64,000 nt of DNA, taken from positions 2,272,001-2,336,000 of the forward strand of contig CBDDFZ010000001.1 of NCBI GenBank assembly GCA_965227515.1, in the 5' to 3' direction. Under the pieces are notes generated by a model. It did no database searches and was not told where the DNA came from. It worked only from the letters and a program-made list of their open reading frames with translations. Shown piece by piece: positions 1-9,320 of the stretch. Every line of letters begins with the position of its first letter. The first letter of the stretch is position 1. Source of the stretch: Alphaproteobacteria bacterium (GTDB lineage: Bacteria > Pseudomonadota > Alphaproteobacteria > CALKHQ01). Both the position numbers and the translations under genes were made by a program.

Positions 1-1130
1 AGGTTCTCGGCGGTCTGGAACTGGCGCAACGCCTCTTCGGTGCGGCCGCCGGTCATGCCATCGATGGGGCCGGGGTCGTAGCCCGCGTCCGCCAGCAGCG
101 TTTGCGCTTCCTCGATGAACGGGTTCTCGCGCGGGATGTCTGTCACGTCCTGGGCGCGGGCGCGCAGCCGCTCGTATGTTTCCGGCGTCAGCGTGCCGGT
201 ACGGCGCAAATTCTCGTCGCTCTGGAACCGGCTGATCGCGCGCACGGTTTCCGGCCCCAGAACGCCATCGGCGGTGGAGACGTTGTAGCCCAGCAGGTCG
301 AGCCATTCCTGGGCATCGCGAATGGTGGGATCGGTGCGTGTCTCCTCGCTCGGCACGCGCATGCGCAGGCGATCCAGGGTGGCCGGTGTCAGCCGCCCAT
401 TGTGGTTCAGGCCGACGGCGCGCTGGAACTGGGCGATGGCCTGCGAGGTCGCGGGCCCCATCTCCCCATCCACCGAGACCGGGCCATAGCCAAGCTGGTT
501 GAGCAGGAGTTGCGCCTCGCGCACGTTCGGGTCGCCGCCATCCTCCGACCCTCCGCCGGCGTGCAATTCGGCCAGGCGCTCGCGCAGAACCGACAGCGTC
601 TCGGCGCCGACGGCGCCGTCGATCTCCAGTCCATTGGCGAGCTGGAACGATTCCAACGCAGCCCGGGTGTCTGGCCCCATCGCCCCGTCGGCCTCGCCGG
701 GGTTGTAGCCAAGCCACTGCAGGATGCGCTGCGCCTCCTCGATGGGCGTCTCCGCGCGGTCGTTGCTGGCGACCTGATTCGGGCTGCCGCCAGCTTCCCC
801 GCCCTGGCGTTGCAACGCGACCCACGTCAGCTCGTCGAGTTCGCCCGAAACCACGATGCCGGCGGCCTCCTGGAAGCGGCGGATCGCGTTTGAGGTGCCG
901 GGTCCGGACACGCCGTCGATGGAGCCCGAATAATGGCCCAGATTGGCCAGATAGCGCTGTGCCTGCGCAATCTGGTCGCTGCTCTGGGCGGCCGCGGTCA
1001 ATGGCAACAGCAGGCCAGCGGCCAGGGCCAACGCGGCGGCACCCAGGCCCAGGCGTGCCCGGCGCCCCACCGTGGGATGCCCCTTGGCGGGCCTGCGCCC
1101 GCGCGGTGCGTCGTGCTCAGCGATGAGCAT
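1..1130 (-). CDS. Secreted protein with at least 5 tandem peptidoglycan-binding (PG_binding_1-type) domains; 3' end lies outside the window
   Basis: Absent from the ORF track because it runs off the edge. Manual translation from ATG 1130 gives MLIAEHDAPR..., a signal-like stretch (GLGAAALALAAGLLLPLTAAAQ) and five repeats of the pattern AQxxLxxLGYxxGxxDGxxGxxTxxAIxxFQ (e.g. EAQTLLADAGYDPGPIDGMTGGRTEEALRQFQ). Confidence 0.9.
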   Translation of the reverse strand, partial: MLIAEHDAPRGRRPAKGHPTVGRRARLGLGAAALALAAGLLLPLTAAAQSSDQIAQAQRYLANLGHYSGSIDGVSGPGTSNAIRRFQEAAGIVVSGELDELTWVALQRQGGEAGGSPNQVASNDRAETPIEEAQRILQWLGYNPGEADGAMGPDTRAALESFQLANGLEIDGAVGAETLSVLRERLAELHAGGGSEDGGDPNVREAQLLLNQLGYGPVSVDGEMGPATSQAIAQFQRAVGLNHNGRLTPATLDRLRMRVPSEETRTDPTIRDAQEWLDLLGYNVSTADGVLGPETVRAISRFQSDENLRRTGTLTPETYERLRARAQDVTDIPRENPFIEEAQTLLADAGYDPGPIDGMTGGRTEEALRQFQTAEN

Positions 1131-1179
1131 GTCTTGCGATCTGCCTGTCTGGTCTCTAGTCACGCAATTCTCTTCCAAT

Positions 1180-1215
1180 GCCACGTCTTGCATAGCCACG
1201 TCTTGCAAAGCCACG
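1180..1215. repeat. 15-bp tandem repeat, about 2.4 copies (gccacgtcttgcawa)
   Basis: gccacgtcttgcata / gccacgtcttgcaaa / gccacg, read directly. Confidence 0.8.
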
Positions 1216-1283
1216 CGTTCGATCGGCCGGAGCCCAAGCACAAACCATGCCTTGCCCGGCACGTACGACGCAGTGATGCCGCG

Positions 1284-1374
1284 CACCCTCGGCGCAACCA
1301 CCCTGGGCGCAACCACCCTGGGCGCAACCACCCTGGGCGCAACCACCTTTGGTGCAACCACCCTGGGCGCAACC
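1284..1374. repeat. 15-bp tandem repeat (VNTR), about 6 copies of ggcgcaaccaccctg
   Basis: Units start at 1291, 1306, 1321, 1336 (variant), 1351 (variant) and 1366 (partial); no spacers; intergenic. Confidence 0.95.
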
Positions 1375-1391
1375 TAGGCGCGGCGCGGCAT

Positions 1392-2915
1392 TCATGCCGC
1401 TTTCGCCTCGCTCTCGGCTTTCCGTGCCGGCGCCTTGTGCTCCTTGAAGCGGCTCAGCGCCATCACCACACGCAGGCCCGGGTTGTTGTCTTCCAGCCGC
1501 AGGTCCGCCTTGTGCAGCCCTGCCACCGCGGACACCATGCTGAGTCCCAGCCCATGCCCCGGTGTCGAGCGGCTGGGATCGAGCCGGATCGACCGGTTCA
1601 GCACGCGTTCGTGCGCATGCTCGGGGATCCCCATGCCGTCGTCGGCCACGATCAATTCAACCGTGTCGCCGGAGCGGCGGGATTCAAGCACGATGGTCCG
1701 GCCGCCGCTAGCATATTTGATGGCGTTATCGATCAAGTTGCTGACCGCTTGCAAGAGTAACTGGCGATGGCCCCGCACCAGCGCACCGGGGCTGCTGTTG
1801 AGCACCAGCTTCATGCCTTCGTCCTCGACAACCGGCTCGAAAAGCTCCGCGACCTCGCTCAGCAGGTCGTTCAGGTCCAGTTGCTGCAACTGGCTGCGGA
1901 TCGTGCCCGACTCGACCTCGGCGATGTCGAGCAGCGCGTTGAAGACGCTGAGCAGGTCGTCGGCCTCCACGATGGTGCGCTCCACCACCTCGGCATAGTC
2001 GACATCGTCGCTGGGGCTGTTGGCCACCGCCTCCAGCCGCGCCTTCATCCGCGTCAGCGGGCTGCGCAGGTCGTGCGCGATGTTGTCGGTGACATCGCGA
2101 ATGCCGTCCATGAGCCGTTCGATCTGGTCCAACATGGCGTTCAGATTTGCCGAGAGCTGGTCGAACTCGTCGCCGCTGCCGTTCAGGGCGATCCGCTGCT
2201 TCAGGTCGCCCTGCATGATTCGCCCACTGGTCTTATTAATCGCCTCGATTCTGGCAATCATGCGGCGGCTGATGAAAACGCCCCCGGCAAGCCCCAGCAC
2301 CAGGGTGATACCCACCGACCAGCCGAGGGATTCCATCAGCAGCGAGCCGACGGCGGCGCGGTCGTACATATCGCGGCCGACCAGCAGGCGGAACTGGCCG
2401 GGTAGCACGAACGGCACCGCTTCGACGGGGTGGACCTCCTGCCGGTCCTCGTATTCGCGCAGAATATCGAACCGCACCCGCCGGTCCGCGTCCTCCGGCA
2501 CGTCGGGCCACGCGTCCAGATTGCCGGCCAGCACATTGTAGCCGGGGTCGGCCAGCACGTAGATGCTGTCGCCGCGGCGCTCCGGCGTGCTGCGCGCGGC
2601 CACCACCTGCACCAGGCCGATCATGCCGGATTTTTCGAAGTGCTCGGCCAGGCTGTCGATTTCGGCGCGCAGGGTCGCCTCTGTCTGGCGGTCGATGAAA
2701 TTGACCGTCGTCCAGTAGATGAACCCCAAAAGGATCAGCACCGAAATGCCGAACACCAGGACATAAAGTACCGCCAGGCGAAAGGCGGTGGTGTGGAAGA
2801 GCCTAGCCTTCGGCGCTAAGCCGGTATCCTGCCCCTCGGACCGTGTGAAGAATCGCCGTCGGGAAGTCCCGGTCGACCTTTTGTCGAAGTCTGCTGATGT
2901 GGACGTCGATGACAT
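1392..2915 (-). CDS. Membrane sensor histidine kinase (HAMP-HisKA-HATPase)
   Basis: Two TM segments, HAMP (GDEFDQLSANLNAMLD), H-box AHDLRSPL, N-box NLIDNAIKY, G-boxes DDGMGIP and GHGLGLS. The start is uncertain and may lie near 2820, because ATG 2915 overlaps the regulator gene by more than 100 bp. Confidence 0.93.
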   Translation of the reverse strand: MSSTSTSADFDKRSTGTSRRRFFTRSEGQDTGLAPKARLFHTTAFRLAVLYVLVFGISVLILLGFIYWTTVNFIDRQTEATLRAEIDSLAEHFEKSGMIGLVQVVAARSTPERRGDSIYVLADPGYNVLAGNLDAWPDVPEDADRRVRFDILREYEDRQEVHPVEAVPFVLPGQFRLLVGRDMYDRAAVGSLLMESLGWSVGITLVLGLAGGVFISRRMIARIEAINKTSGRIMQGDLKQRIALNGSGDEFDQLSANLNAMLDQIERLMDGIRDVTDNIAHDLRSPLTRMKARLEAVANSPSDDVDYAEVVERTIVEADDLLSVFNALLDIAEVESGTIRSQLQQLDLNDLLSEVAELFEPVVEDEGMKLVLNSSPGALVRGHRQLLLQAVSNLIDNAIKYASGGRTIVLESRRSGDTVELIVADDGMGIPEHAHERVLNRSIRLDPSRSTPGHGLGLSMVSAVAGLHKADLRLEDNNPGLRVVMALSRFKEHKAPARKAESEAKAA

Positions 2916-3483
2916 TCGTCTGTGGGTCGAAATGGTAGTTCCATACGCCTTCCAGCAGCATGGTGCGGGTCACCACCTGTCCGGCGTGGCGCATAAGATA
3001 CTCCAATAACTGGAATTCGCGTGGCTGCAAATGTATCTGCCGGCCGTCGCGCTTGACCGTGCGTGCCAGGAGATCGAGTTCGAGGTCGCCGACCGACAAC
3101 GAGGTGGCTTCAGCGCCGGAAGCCTCGGAGCGGCGGATCAGTGCCTCCAGCCGGGCCAGCAGTTCGGAAATCGCGTAGGGCTTGGGCAAGTAGTCGTCGC
3201 CGCCGGCGCGCAGCCCCGTCACCCGCTCGTCGACTTTGTCGAGCGCGCTGAGGATCAGCACCGGCGTCAGCTTGCCCTGGTCGCGCAGGCTGGAGATCAC
3301 GTCCAACCCGTTCATCTTCGGCAGCATCCGGTCGACGACCATGGCGTCGTAGCGCCGGCTCATCGCCATCTCCAGGCCCTGCTGACCGTCCGCCGCGTGG
3401 TCGACGACATAGCCGCTTTCCTGAAGGGCCTTGACGAGATGGGCTGCCGTTTCGCGGTCATCCTCGATAACTAGCATGCGCAT
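2803..3483 (-). CDS. OmpR/PhoB-family response regulator
   Basis: MRMLVIEDD...VVDRMLP...GGDDYLPKPY receiver domain plus winged helix (REFQLLEYL...VIDVHISRLRQKVD...HTVRGAGY). ATG 3483 has a GAGGGAG RBS. Confidence 0.95.
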   Translation of the reverse strand: MRMLVIEDDRETAAHLVKALQESGYVVDHAADGQQGLEMAMSRRYDAMVVDRMLPKMNGLDVISSLRDQGKLTPVLILSALDKVDERVTGLRAGGDDYLPKPYAISELLARLEALIRRSEASGAEATSLSVGDLELDLLARTVKRDGRQIHLQPREFQLLEYLMRHAGQVVTRTMLLEGVWNYHFDPQTNVIDVHISRLRQKVDRDFPTAILHTVRGAGYRLSAEG

Positions 3484-3613
3484 ATCTGGTCTTCTCCCTC
3501 TCACTCAGTGCGGCCGATGCGTGCCCCGCCTTCCTGATACCGGGGCCCATCTTGCGCCTTGTTCTACCAGTCCGTCCCCCAACGCACGCGGTCAGGCCTT
3601 CGCGTGAACCGCA

Positions 3614-3653
3614 TAAAAGCGGAGCCGCACCGACCTGTCGATGCGGCCCCGTT
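3614..3653 (-). terminator. Probable intrinsic terminator downstream of the DegP-family gene
   Basis: Minus strand reads cggggccgcatcga-cagg-tcggtgcggctccg followed by cttttat. Confidence 0.6.
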
Positions 3654-3679
3654 GAAATCTGGCTGAACCGTTCGTCAGC

Positions 3680-5224
3680 CTATCCCTCGAACGGTACCGG
3701 CACGTACTGCGCACCGTCCGCACGCCGGATCAGCAACAGCACCGACGGGCGCCCGTCATCCTGCAGCGCCGAAATGCGGTCGCGCAGGTCGGCCGGAGTC
3801 TCGACCGGGTCCGGGCCGACCGCGGCAACGATATCGCCGATCTGCAGGCCGGCAGCTTCCGCCGTCGAGCCATGGCGGATATCGGTGATCATCACCCCGC
3901 CCAGGTTCGGGTCGTCGCTCGGCGCCATGTCGGCGTCGATCGCGCCAACCGCGATGCCCAGTGCCGGCAGCCGCACGGTCTCCGGATTGCTCGGGCGGCC
4001 GTTGTCGGGGCCGGCCAAGGCCAGGTCGCCCGGCAACGTGCCGATGTCGATGCTGCTGACGACGATCTCGCCATTGCGCCAGATCTCCAACTCGCCTTCG
4101 GAGCCGGGCGCGGTCATCGCCACCATGCGGGGCAGGTCGCGCATCGTATCCACGGTCTCGCCATTGAAGCCGATGATGACGTCGCCGGACTGCACGCCCG
4201 CCATGTCGGCCGGCCCGCCCGGGTTCACTTCGGACACCAGCGCGCCATAGGCCCGGTCCAGGCCCATCGCCTCCGCCACCTCGGGCGAAACATGCTGGAT
4301 GGTGACGCCAATGAAGCCGCGCTCCACGCCGCCGTCTTCCATCAGCGCGGCGATCACAGGCTCGGCCAGGCTTTGCGGCACGGCGAAACCGAGGCCGACA
4401 TTGCCGTTGGACGGCGTGTAGATCGCGGTGCTGACGCCGACGACGTTGCCGTTGATGTCGAACACCGGCCCGCCGGAGTTGCCCGGGTTGATGGAGGCGT
4501 CGAACTGCAGGTAGTCGTCATACGGGCCCGCGCGCAGGTCGCGGCCGGTGGCGGACAGGATGCCCGCGGTCACGGTGCCGGAGAAGCCGAACGGGCTGCC
4601 GACGGCGATGATCCAGTTGCCGATGCGCAGTCCCTCGCTGTCGCCCCACGCGACGGTCGGGAAGGTGCGGTCGGCGTCGATGTGGACCAGCGCCAGGTCG
4701 GTCCGCTCGTCGACACCGACGACGTCGGCCTCGTAGGACATGCCGTCGGGCAAAGTCACCGTCACCGTCTCGGCGCCATTGACCACGTGGTGGTTGGTGA
4801 CGACGTAGCCCTTCTCGTCAATGATGAAGCCGGAGCCGCTGCCGACGATCATGTCGGGCGGGTTGTTGCCATACTGTCCCGGGGCGCCGCCGTGCGGCGG
4901 CACGCCGAACTGATCGAAGAATTCCTGCCATTGCGGATCGTTCGGATAGCGCGGGAAGTTGTCCGGGTTGTTCACGCCAAGCTGGCGCGCCTCGATGGAG
5001 ATGTGCACCACGGCCGGCAGCACCTCCTCCACCACGTCGGCGAAATCGGGACCGATCGCGTCTGCCCAGCTTTCCTGCGGCATCGCGAACACGGAAACGA
5101 GACAAGCCGCCCCGAACAGGGCGGCGCCTGCGCCGGCCGCGAACCGCGGTTCCGACCGGACGCTCACTATGTGGCTCATTCGATACTCCTGCATCTGACT
5201 AGCCTGGTTACCCCTCTCCAGCAC
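3680..5224 (-). CDS. degP: Do/DegQ (HtrA) family periplasmic serine endoprotease with two PDZ domains
   Basis: GSGSGFII, TNHHVV (His), TDLAL (Asp), INPGNSGGP (Ser) and two PDZ-like regions. The start may be a downstream ATG (MSHIVSV). Confidence 0.92.
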   Translation of the reverse strand: MLERGNQASQMQEYRMSHIVSVRSEPRFAAGAGAALFGAACLVSVFAMPQESWADAIGPDFADVVEEVLPAVVHISIEARQLGVNNPDNFPRYPNDPQWQEFFDQFGVPPHGGAPGQYGNNPPDMIVGSGSGFIIDEKGYVVTNHHVVNGAETVTVTLPDGMSYEADVVGVDERTDLALVHIDADRTFPTVAWGDSEGLRIGNWIIAVGSPFGFSGTVTAGILSATGRDLRAGPYDDYLQFDASINPGNSGGPVFDINGNVVGVSTAIYTPSNGNVGLGFAVPQSLAEPVIAALMEDGGVERGFIGVTIQHVSPEVAEAMGLDRAYGALVSEVNPGGPADMAGVQSGDVIIGFNGETVDTMRDLPRMVAMTAPGSEGELEIWRNGEIVVSSIDIGTLPGDLALAGPDNGRPSNPETVRLPALGIAVGAIDADMAPSDDPNLGGVMITDIRHGSTAEAAGLQIGDIVAAVGPDPVETPADLRDRISALQDDGRPSVLLLIRRADGAQYVPVPFEG

Positions 5225-5384
5225 TCAAGCTGTGCCCACTTGGTGGCGGAAATGGGGTCGCAAGATGACCAGTTCCTGTCCGGGTCATGAAGGATTGTTC
5301 ATGATTTCTTAGGAATCCAGGCCCGCCGCGGCGCCCGGCTGTCATGAAATTTTGGCAATCTGTCAGGAGCAGGTGAATCTGCTT

Positions 5385-7790
5385 TCAGGCGGCCGAGATT
5401 GCCGGTGCCGAGTCCGCCTGGGTAAGGCATCTGGCGATGGTTTGCAGCAGCTCCGCGCGCCGGTACGGCTTGGCCAGATAGTCATCCATGCCGACCGCGA
5501 GGCAGGCTTCCCTGTCGCCCTTGATGGCATTGGCGGTCAGCCCGACGATCGGCACCATGCCCTTGGTCCCCGGCAATGCCCGGATCTGGCGCGTTGCGGC
5601 CATGCCGTCGACGCCCGGCATGTGCACGTCCATCAGGACCAGCGATATCGCGCCATTCCGCACCGCCTCCACGGCAGCCGCCCCATCCTCGGCGGGCACC
5701 ACAGTGTACCCGGCCTTGCGCAGCATGGCGGTTGCGACCAACCGGTTGGACGGGCTGTCCTCGGCCAGCAGGATCGTCGTGCCTGCGGCCACCGCCGGCG
5801 CCTCGGCCGGGCCGGGCGCGGCCGCGCGGGACACGGCTGCCTGCGGCTGGAATGCATCGATGACGTCCAGCGCCACCAGCGGCCGCGAGATACGGATGGC
5901 GTTGCCGACGTCCAGGTCGGCGGGTTTGCGCATGTGCGGCGTCATCGGCTCGATCAACACCAGGTGGTAGCCATGCGCGGTCGCGTGGCTGCTGAGTTGC
6001 TGCCACTGCTGGCGGTCGGCGATATCGTTGCGGTCGACGATCACGGCCAGCGGCATCGGGTCGCCGGAGCGGCGCCACAGCAGGTTCTCCACCACCGCTT
6101 CCAGGCGATTGGCGACCTGCACCGCGGCACCGTTGTCCGCCAGGGTTCGGCGCACGACGTCCGCGGTGAAGTTGCGGCTGCTGACGACGGAGATGTCGCG
6201 GCCGGCAACCATCGAACCGCGCGCCGGTGCGGGTTCCACCGGGCCGCTGAGTGCGCAGGTGAAGCGGAAGCGGCTGCCTTCGCCTGCTACGCTCCTCAGG
6301 GTGACGTCGCCACCCATGCGCTCGGCAATCTTGCGCGAAATGGCGAGGCCCAGTCCGGTGCCGCCGAACTGCCGCGCCAGCGAGCTGTCGGCCTGGCTGA
6401 ACGCATCGAAGATGCGGGCCTGGTCGGACGGCGCGATGCCGATGCCCGTATCCTCCACCTCGAACGACAGGACCCGGGTGCCGTTGTTGCGCGCGGCAAG
6501 GTCGACATGGACCGCAATGCCGCCCACCTGGGTGAACTTGACCGCATTGTTCACCAGGTTGAGCAGGACCTGGCGGATATGGTCGTGGTCGCCGGTCACC
6601 GTGCCCGCGGCGGCCTGGGAGATGTAGGCGCAGACGTCCAGGTTCTTCTTTTCCGCCGCCAGGGCCTGGGTGGCCAGCACGTCGCGCACCACCACGGCGG
6701 GCTGGAACGGACGCTCTTCCAGGGTCACCTCGCGCGATTCCAGGCGCGACAGGTCCAGGATGTCGTTGACCAGCGCACGCAGGCATTCGCCGCAGCTTTC
6801 GGCAGTGTCGATATAGGTCTTCTGTTCCGCCGTCGGGTTGGTGTCGCGCAGCAAGGTGGTCGCGCCTAGCAGGCCGTTGATCGGGGTGCGGATCTCGTGG
6901 CTGACCGCGGCCAGGAACTCGGACTTGGCCTGGTTCGCCGCCTCGGCGCGGTCGATCGCCTCTTTCAGCTTGCTTTCCGCCTGCTCGGCGGTGGCGAGCG
7001 CTGCGCGGGCGCGGCGGCCCTCGCGCAACAGCATGTTGGCGATCAGTGCACCGGACACGACGATGCCGCCGAAGCTGAGCAGCAGGCGGAAGATCAGCGT
7101 GTCCAGATTGTCGTCCAGGGCTGCCTGGCGCGCGGTGGCGATGGCGCCGACGGTGGCGGTCAGCTCTTCCTGGTTGTCGTCAAGGAAGGTGATCAGGCCG
7201 GTCAGCGCCAGCGGGTCGATGCTAGTCTCGTCGATGACGACGGCATCGACACGGTCCAGCGTGGCTTGCAGCACGCATGCTTCCCCGTTCGCGCCGCAGG
7301 CCGCCGCATTGGGATCGGTCGCGGCGAGGTCGCGGAGATGTGCGCTCAGCTCGCGCAGGATCTCGATGGTCGCCGGTGCGTCGACGGTGCCGTCGGGACC
7401 GGGGGGCGAGGTGCCAACCAGCTCCAACAGTGAAATGTTGACCTGGTACATGGCGCTGTTCGGGTCCTGCGCCACGTCCTGTTCCAGCAGGCGCTCGGTC
7501 AGCAGCACACGGGCCATCGACGTCAGGATGAAGACCGCGAACACCGCGATGGCGACGGTGAGCAGCCACATCGGGTAGCCGCCGGCAATGCCCCGCTTCG
7601 CGCCGTTCGGCTTGCTGGTGGCCGCTGCCTCGGCCGCGACTTTCTCAGCCGCCGCCGCGGCGGCGCCCCGTCCGCCGGGATCGCCGAGCGTCGGCAAGCC
7701 GTCGTGTGCCGCGTCAGCTTGCGCCGCAGCCGTGCGTGACCGGCCATGTCGCGCCCCGCCATTCCGAGACCTGGACAGTATTTGAAGCAT
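5385..7790 (-). CDS. Hybrid sensor histidine kinase/response regulator
   Basis: Two TM segments, AKSEFLAAVSHEIRTP, NLVNNAVKFT, DTGIGI, GGTGLGLAI and a C-terminal receiver (LLAEDS...LMDVHMP...DDYLAKP). Confidence 0.93.
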   Translation of the reverse strand: MLQILSRSRNGGARHGRSRTAAAQADAAHDGLPTLGDPGGRGAAAAAAEKVAAEAAATSKPNGAKRGIAGGYPMWLLTVAIAVFAVFILTSMARVLLTERLLEQDVAQDPNSAMYQVNISLLELVGTSPPGPDGTVDAPATIEILRELSAHLRDLAATDPNAAACGANGEACVLQATLDRVDAVVIDETSIDPLALTGLITFLDDNQEELTATVGAIATARQAALDDNLDTLIFRLLLSFGGIVVSGALIANMLLREGRRARAALATAEQAESKLKEAIDRAEAANQAKSEFLAAVSHEIRTPINGLLGATTLLRDTNPTAEQKTYIDTAESCGECLRALVNDILDLSRLESREVTLEERPFQPAVVVRDVLATQALAAEKKNLDVCAYISQAAAGTVTGDHDHIRQVLLNLVNNAVKFTQVGGIAVHVDLAARNNGTRVLSFEVEDTGIGIAPSDQARIFDAFSQADSSLARQFGGTGLGLAISRKIAERMGGDVTLRSVAGEGSRFRFTCALSGPVEPAPARGSMVAGRDISVVSSRNFTADVVRRTLADNGAAVQVANRLEAVVENLLWRRSGDPMPLAVIVDRNDIADRQQWQQLSSHATAHGYHLVLIEPMTPHMRKPADLDVGNAIRISRPLVALDVIDAFQPQAAVSRAAAPGPAEAPAVAAGTTILLAEDSPSNRLVATAMLRKAGYTVVPAEDGAAAVEAVRNGAISLVLMDVHMPGVDGMAATRQIRALPGTKGMVPIVGLTANAIKGDREACLAVGMDDYLAKPYRRAELLQTIARCLTQADSAPAISAA

Positions 7791-7908
7791 TGCCGCTACC
7801 CGCCGCCGCGTTAACCTTAACGCAGCCTAAGCAATTATTATCAAATGATTAATTCAATATATGAGGGGGTCGCGCAAAATGCAATGCAAACAAGTATCCG
7901 CGCGGGTT

Positions 7909-8292
7909 TCAGCCAGTGGTTGTGCGGGTGTGCTGACGGAGCCAGCTGTCCAACAAGCCGTGGCTGATGCTCAGATTCTCGTATGCGCGCGAGAGGAACT
8001 GCCAAACTTCTTCGGCGTCCGCAGTGATCTCAATGCCGTTGAGTGCGAGAAATCGAAACATCGATGAGAATGCGGTTCTCTTATTTCCATCGATGAACGG
8101 GTGGTTCTGCGACAAGCTTTCCCAAAGTGCGGCCGCTTCCGCCACCAGGTCCGGATAGTAGCCGGCCTGAGGTCTCGCCACGGCGGCTTCGAGCTGTGCG
8201 AGGTCACGGATACCTTCCGCTCCGCCGTAGCGCTCAATCTGATCCGCGTGGATGTCCAGGACATCGCCTACCGTCAGGTAGTCAGTCGTCAC
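7909..8292 (-). CDS. doc: Doc/Fic-family type II toxin (death-on-curing)
   Basis: HPFIDGNKRTA Doc-type Fic motif and the typical N-terminus DYLTVGDVLDIH...YGG..GIRD. Its start overlaps the upstream antitoxin stop. Confidence 0.92.
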   Translation of the reverse strand: MTTDYLTVGDVLDIHADQIERYGGAEGIRDLAQLEAAVARPQAGYYPDLVAEAAALWESLSQNHPFIDGNKRTAFSSMFRFLALNGIEITADAEEVWQFLSRAYENLSISHGLLDSWLRQHTRTTTG

Positions 8293-8525
8293 CGTGCAAG
8301 TTTCTCATACAGGGATGCGAAGCGTGCGTGATCGGTTTCGGCGATTTTGGCTAGGCGCAGCCTTCTGACCTCCTGATCGGTCAGGCGCTGGTACTCATCG
8401 AAATTCATCACGACGCGCGTGGGTCGGTCACCATCGGTAATGATGACCGGCCCGTCCTCCGCATCGTGCAGATAACGCTCGGTGTCGCTGCTGAACTGCT
8501 TGGACGACACCTTGATCGGATCCAT
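8289..8525 (-). CDS. Phd/YefM-family antitoxin
   Basis: MDPIKVSSKQFSSDTERYLHDAEDGPVIITDGDRPTRVVMNFDEYQRL fits the Phd_YefM pattern. GGAGG RBS precedes ATG 8525, and the gene is coupled to doc. Confidence 0.85.
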   Translation of the reverse strand: MDPIKVSSKQFSSDTERYLHDAEDGPVIITDGDRPTRVVMNFDEYQRLTDQEVRRLRLAKIAETDHARFASLYEKLAR

Positions 8526-8575
8526 GGCCTGTCTCCCTCCAATGGCCCGAATCCTAGGGCGTTTCGATTGCCGCC

Positions 8576-9223
8576 TCAATTGGAGATCGCGACCGCGCGA
8601 CCGTGGTAGCGCGCATCTTCGAGCTGGCGGGTCAGGAACGCGGCCACGTCCGCCCGTGAGATCTTCAGCTTCAGGCCGCGCGCGCTGGGGGGGATATTCT
8701 CCCTGTAGGCGCCAGTGGCCGGGTCGTCGGTGAGCGCGCCAGGGCGCACGATGGTCCAGTCGAGCCCGCTCTCGCGCACCAGCGTCTCTTGCAGCTCGTG
8801 GTCGAGGAACACCGGGCGCAGCAACAGCCCGAACATGATCCGCTTCCAGAAGAAGTTGAGGTTGCTCCAGCTCTCGTGCGCGCCCAGCGTCGTCTGGGCG
8901 ATCAGGCGGCGGATGCCATGGGTCCGCATGGCGGCGATGACGTTGCGGGTGCCTTCCGAGCGAATGCGGCTGCTGCGCGACGCCCCGGCGCCCAGCACGA
9001 TGACCGCCGCATCATGGCCGCGTACGGCCTCGGCCACGGCCTGCGCGTCGTGCGCATCGACACTGATCCGGTCGAGAGCGGGGTGCTGAAGGTCCAGCCG
9101 GTCGGGGTTGCGGGCGGCGGCGGTGACGCGGTGCCCTGCGTTCAGCAGGTCGGCGACGGCGAGGCGGCCGACGCTGCCGGTGGCGCCGAAGACGATGACA
9201 CGCTGGCTGGTTGTTTCGTGCAT
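8576..9223 (-). CDS. NAD(P)H-binding oxidoreductase (flavin/biliverdin reductase-like atypical SDR)
   Basis: VIVFGATGSVG Rossmann motif, LDWTIVRPG, ISRADVAAF. Confidence 0.9.
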   Translation of the reverse strand: MHETTSQRVIVFGATGSVGRLAVADLLNAGHRVTAAARNPDRLDLQHPALDRISVDAHDAQAVAEAVRGHDAAVIVLGAGASRSSRIRSEGTRNVIAAMRTHGIRRLIAQTTLGAHESWSNLNFFWKRIMFGLLLRPVFLDHELQETLVRESGLDWTIVRPGALTDDPATGAYRENIPPSARGLKLKISRADVAAFLTRQLEDARYHGRAVAISN

Positions 9224-9263
9224 GGCTGGGTCTCCTTCTGTCTGGCTTGGGTTCGAGGTGTGC

Positions 9264-9320
9264 TTGACACCGTGTCAAGTTGACATTGTGTCAAATAGGC
9301 TTAGCTTGACATCATGTCAA
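9264..9320. promoter_or_regulatory. Three TTGACA-N3-TGTCAA palindromes: probable TetR operators overlapping divergent promoters
   Basis: Exact copies at 9264-9278, 9280-9294 and 9306-9320; the last overlaps the tetR ATG. Confidence 0.8.

Noticed and set aside
1284-1374. Possible CRISPR array
   Set aside because: The repeats are 15 bp and directly adjacent with no unique spacers, and there are no cas genes; it is a simple VNTR.
102-1760. Plus-strand ORFs 102-893 and 933-1760, and repeat-peptide ORFs (RNHPG, GATTL, AQGGC)
   Set aside because: They are antisense shadows of the PG-binding and kinase genes, or translations of the tandem repeat, with no recognisable domain.
7909-8525. Phd-Doc pair as a sign of a prophage or plasmid
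   Set aside because: No integrase, replication or phage genes flank it; it looks like a stand-alone chromosomal TA module.
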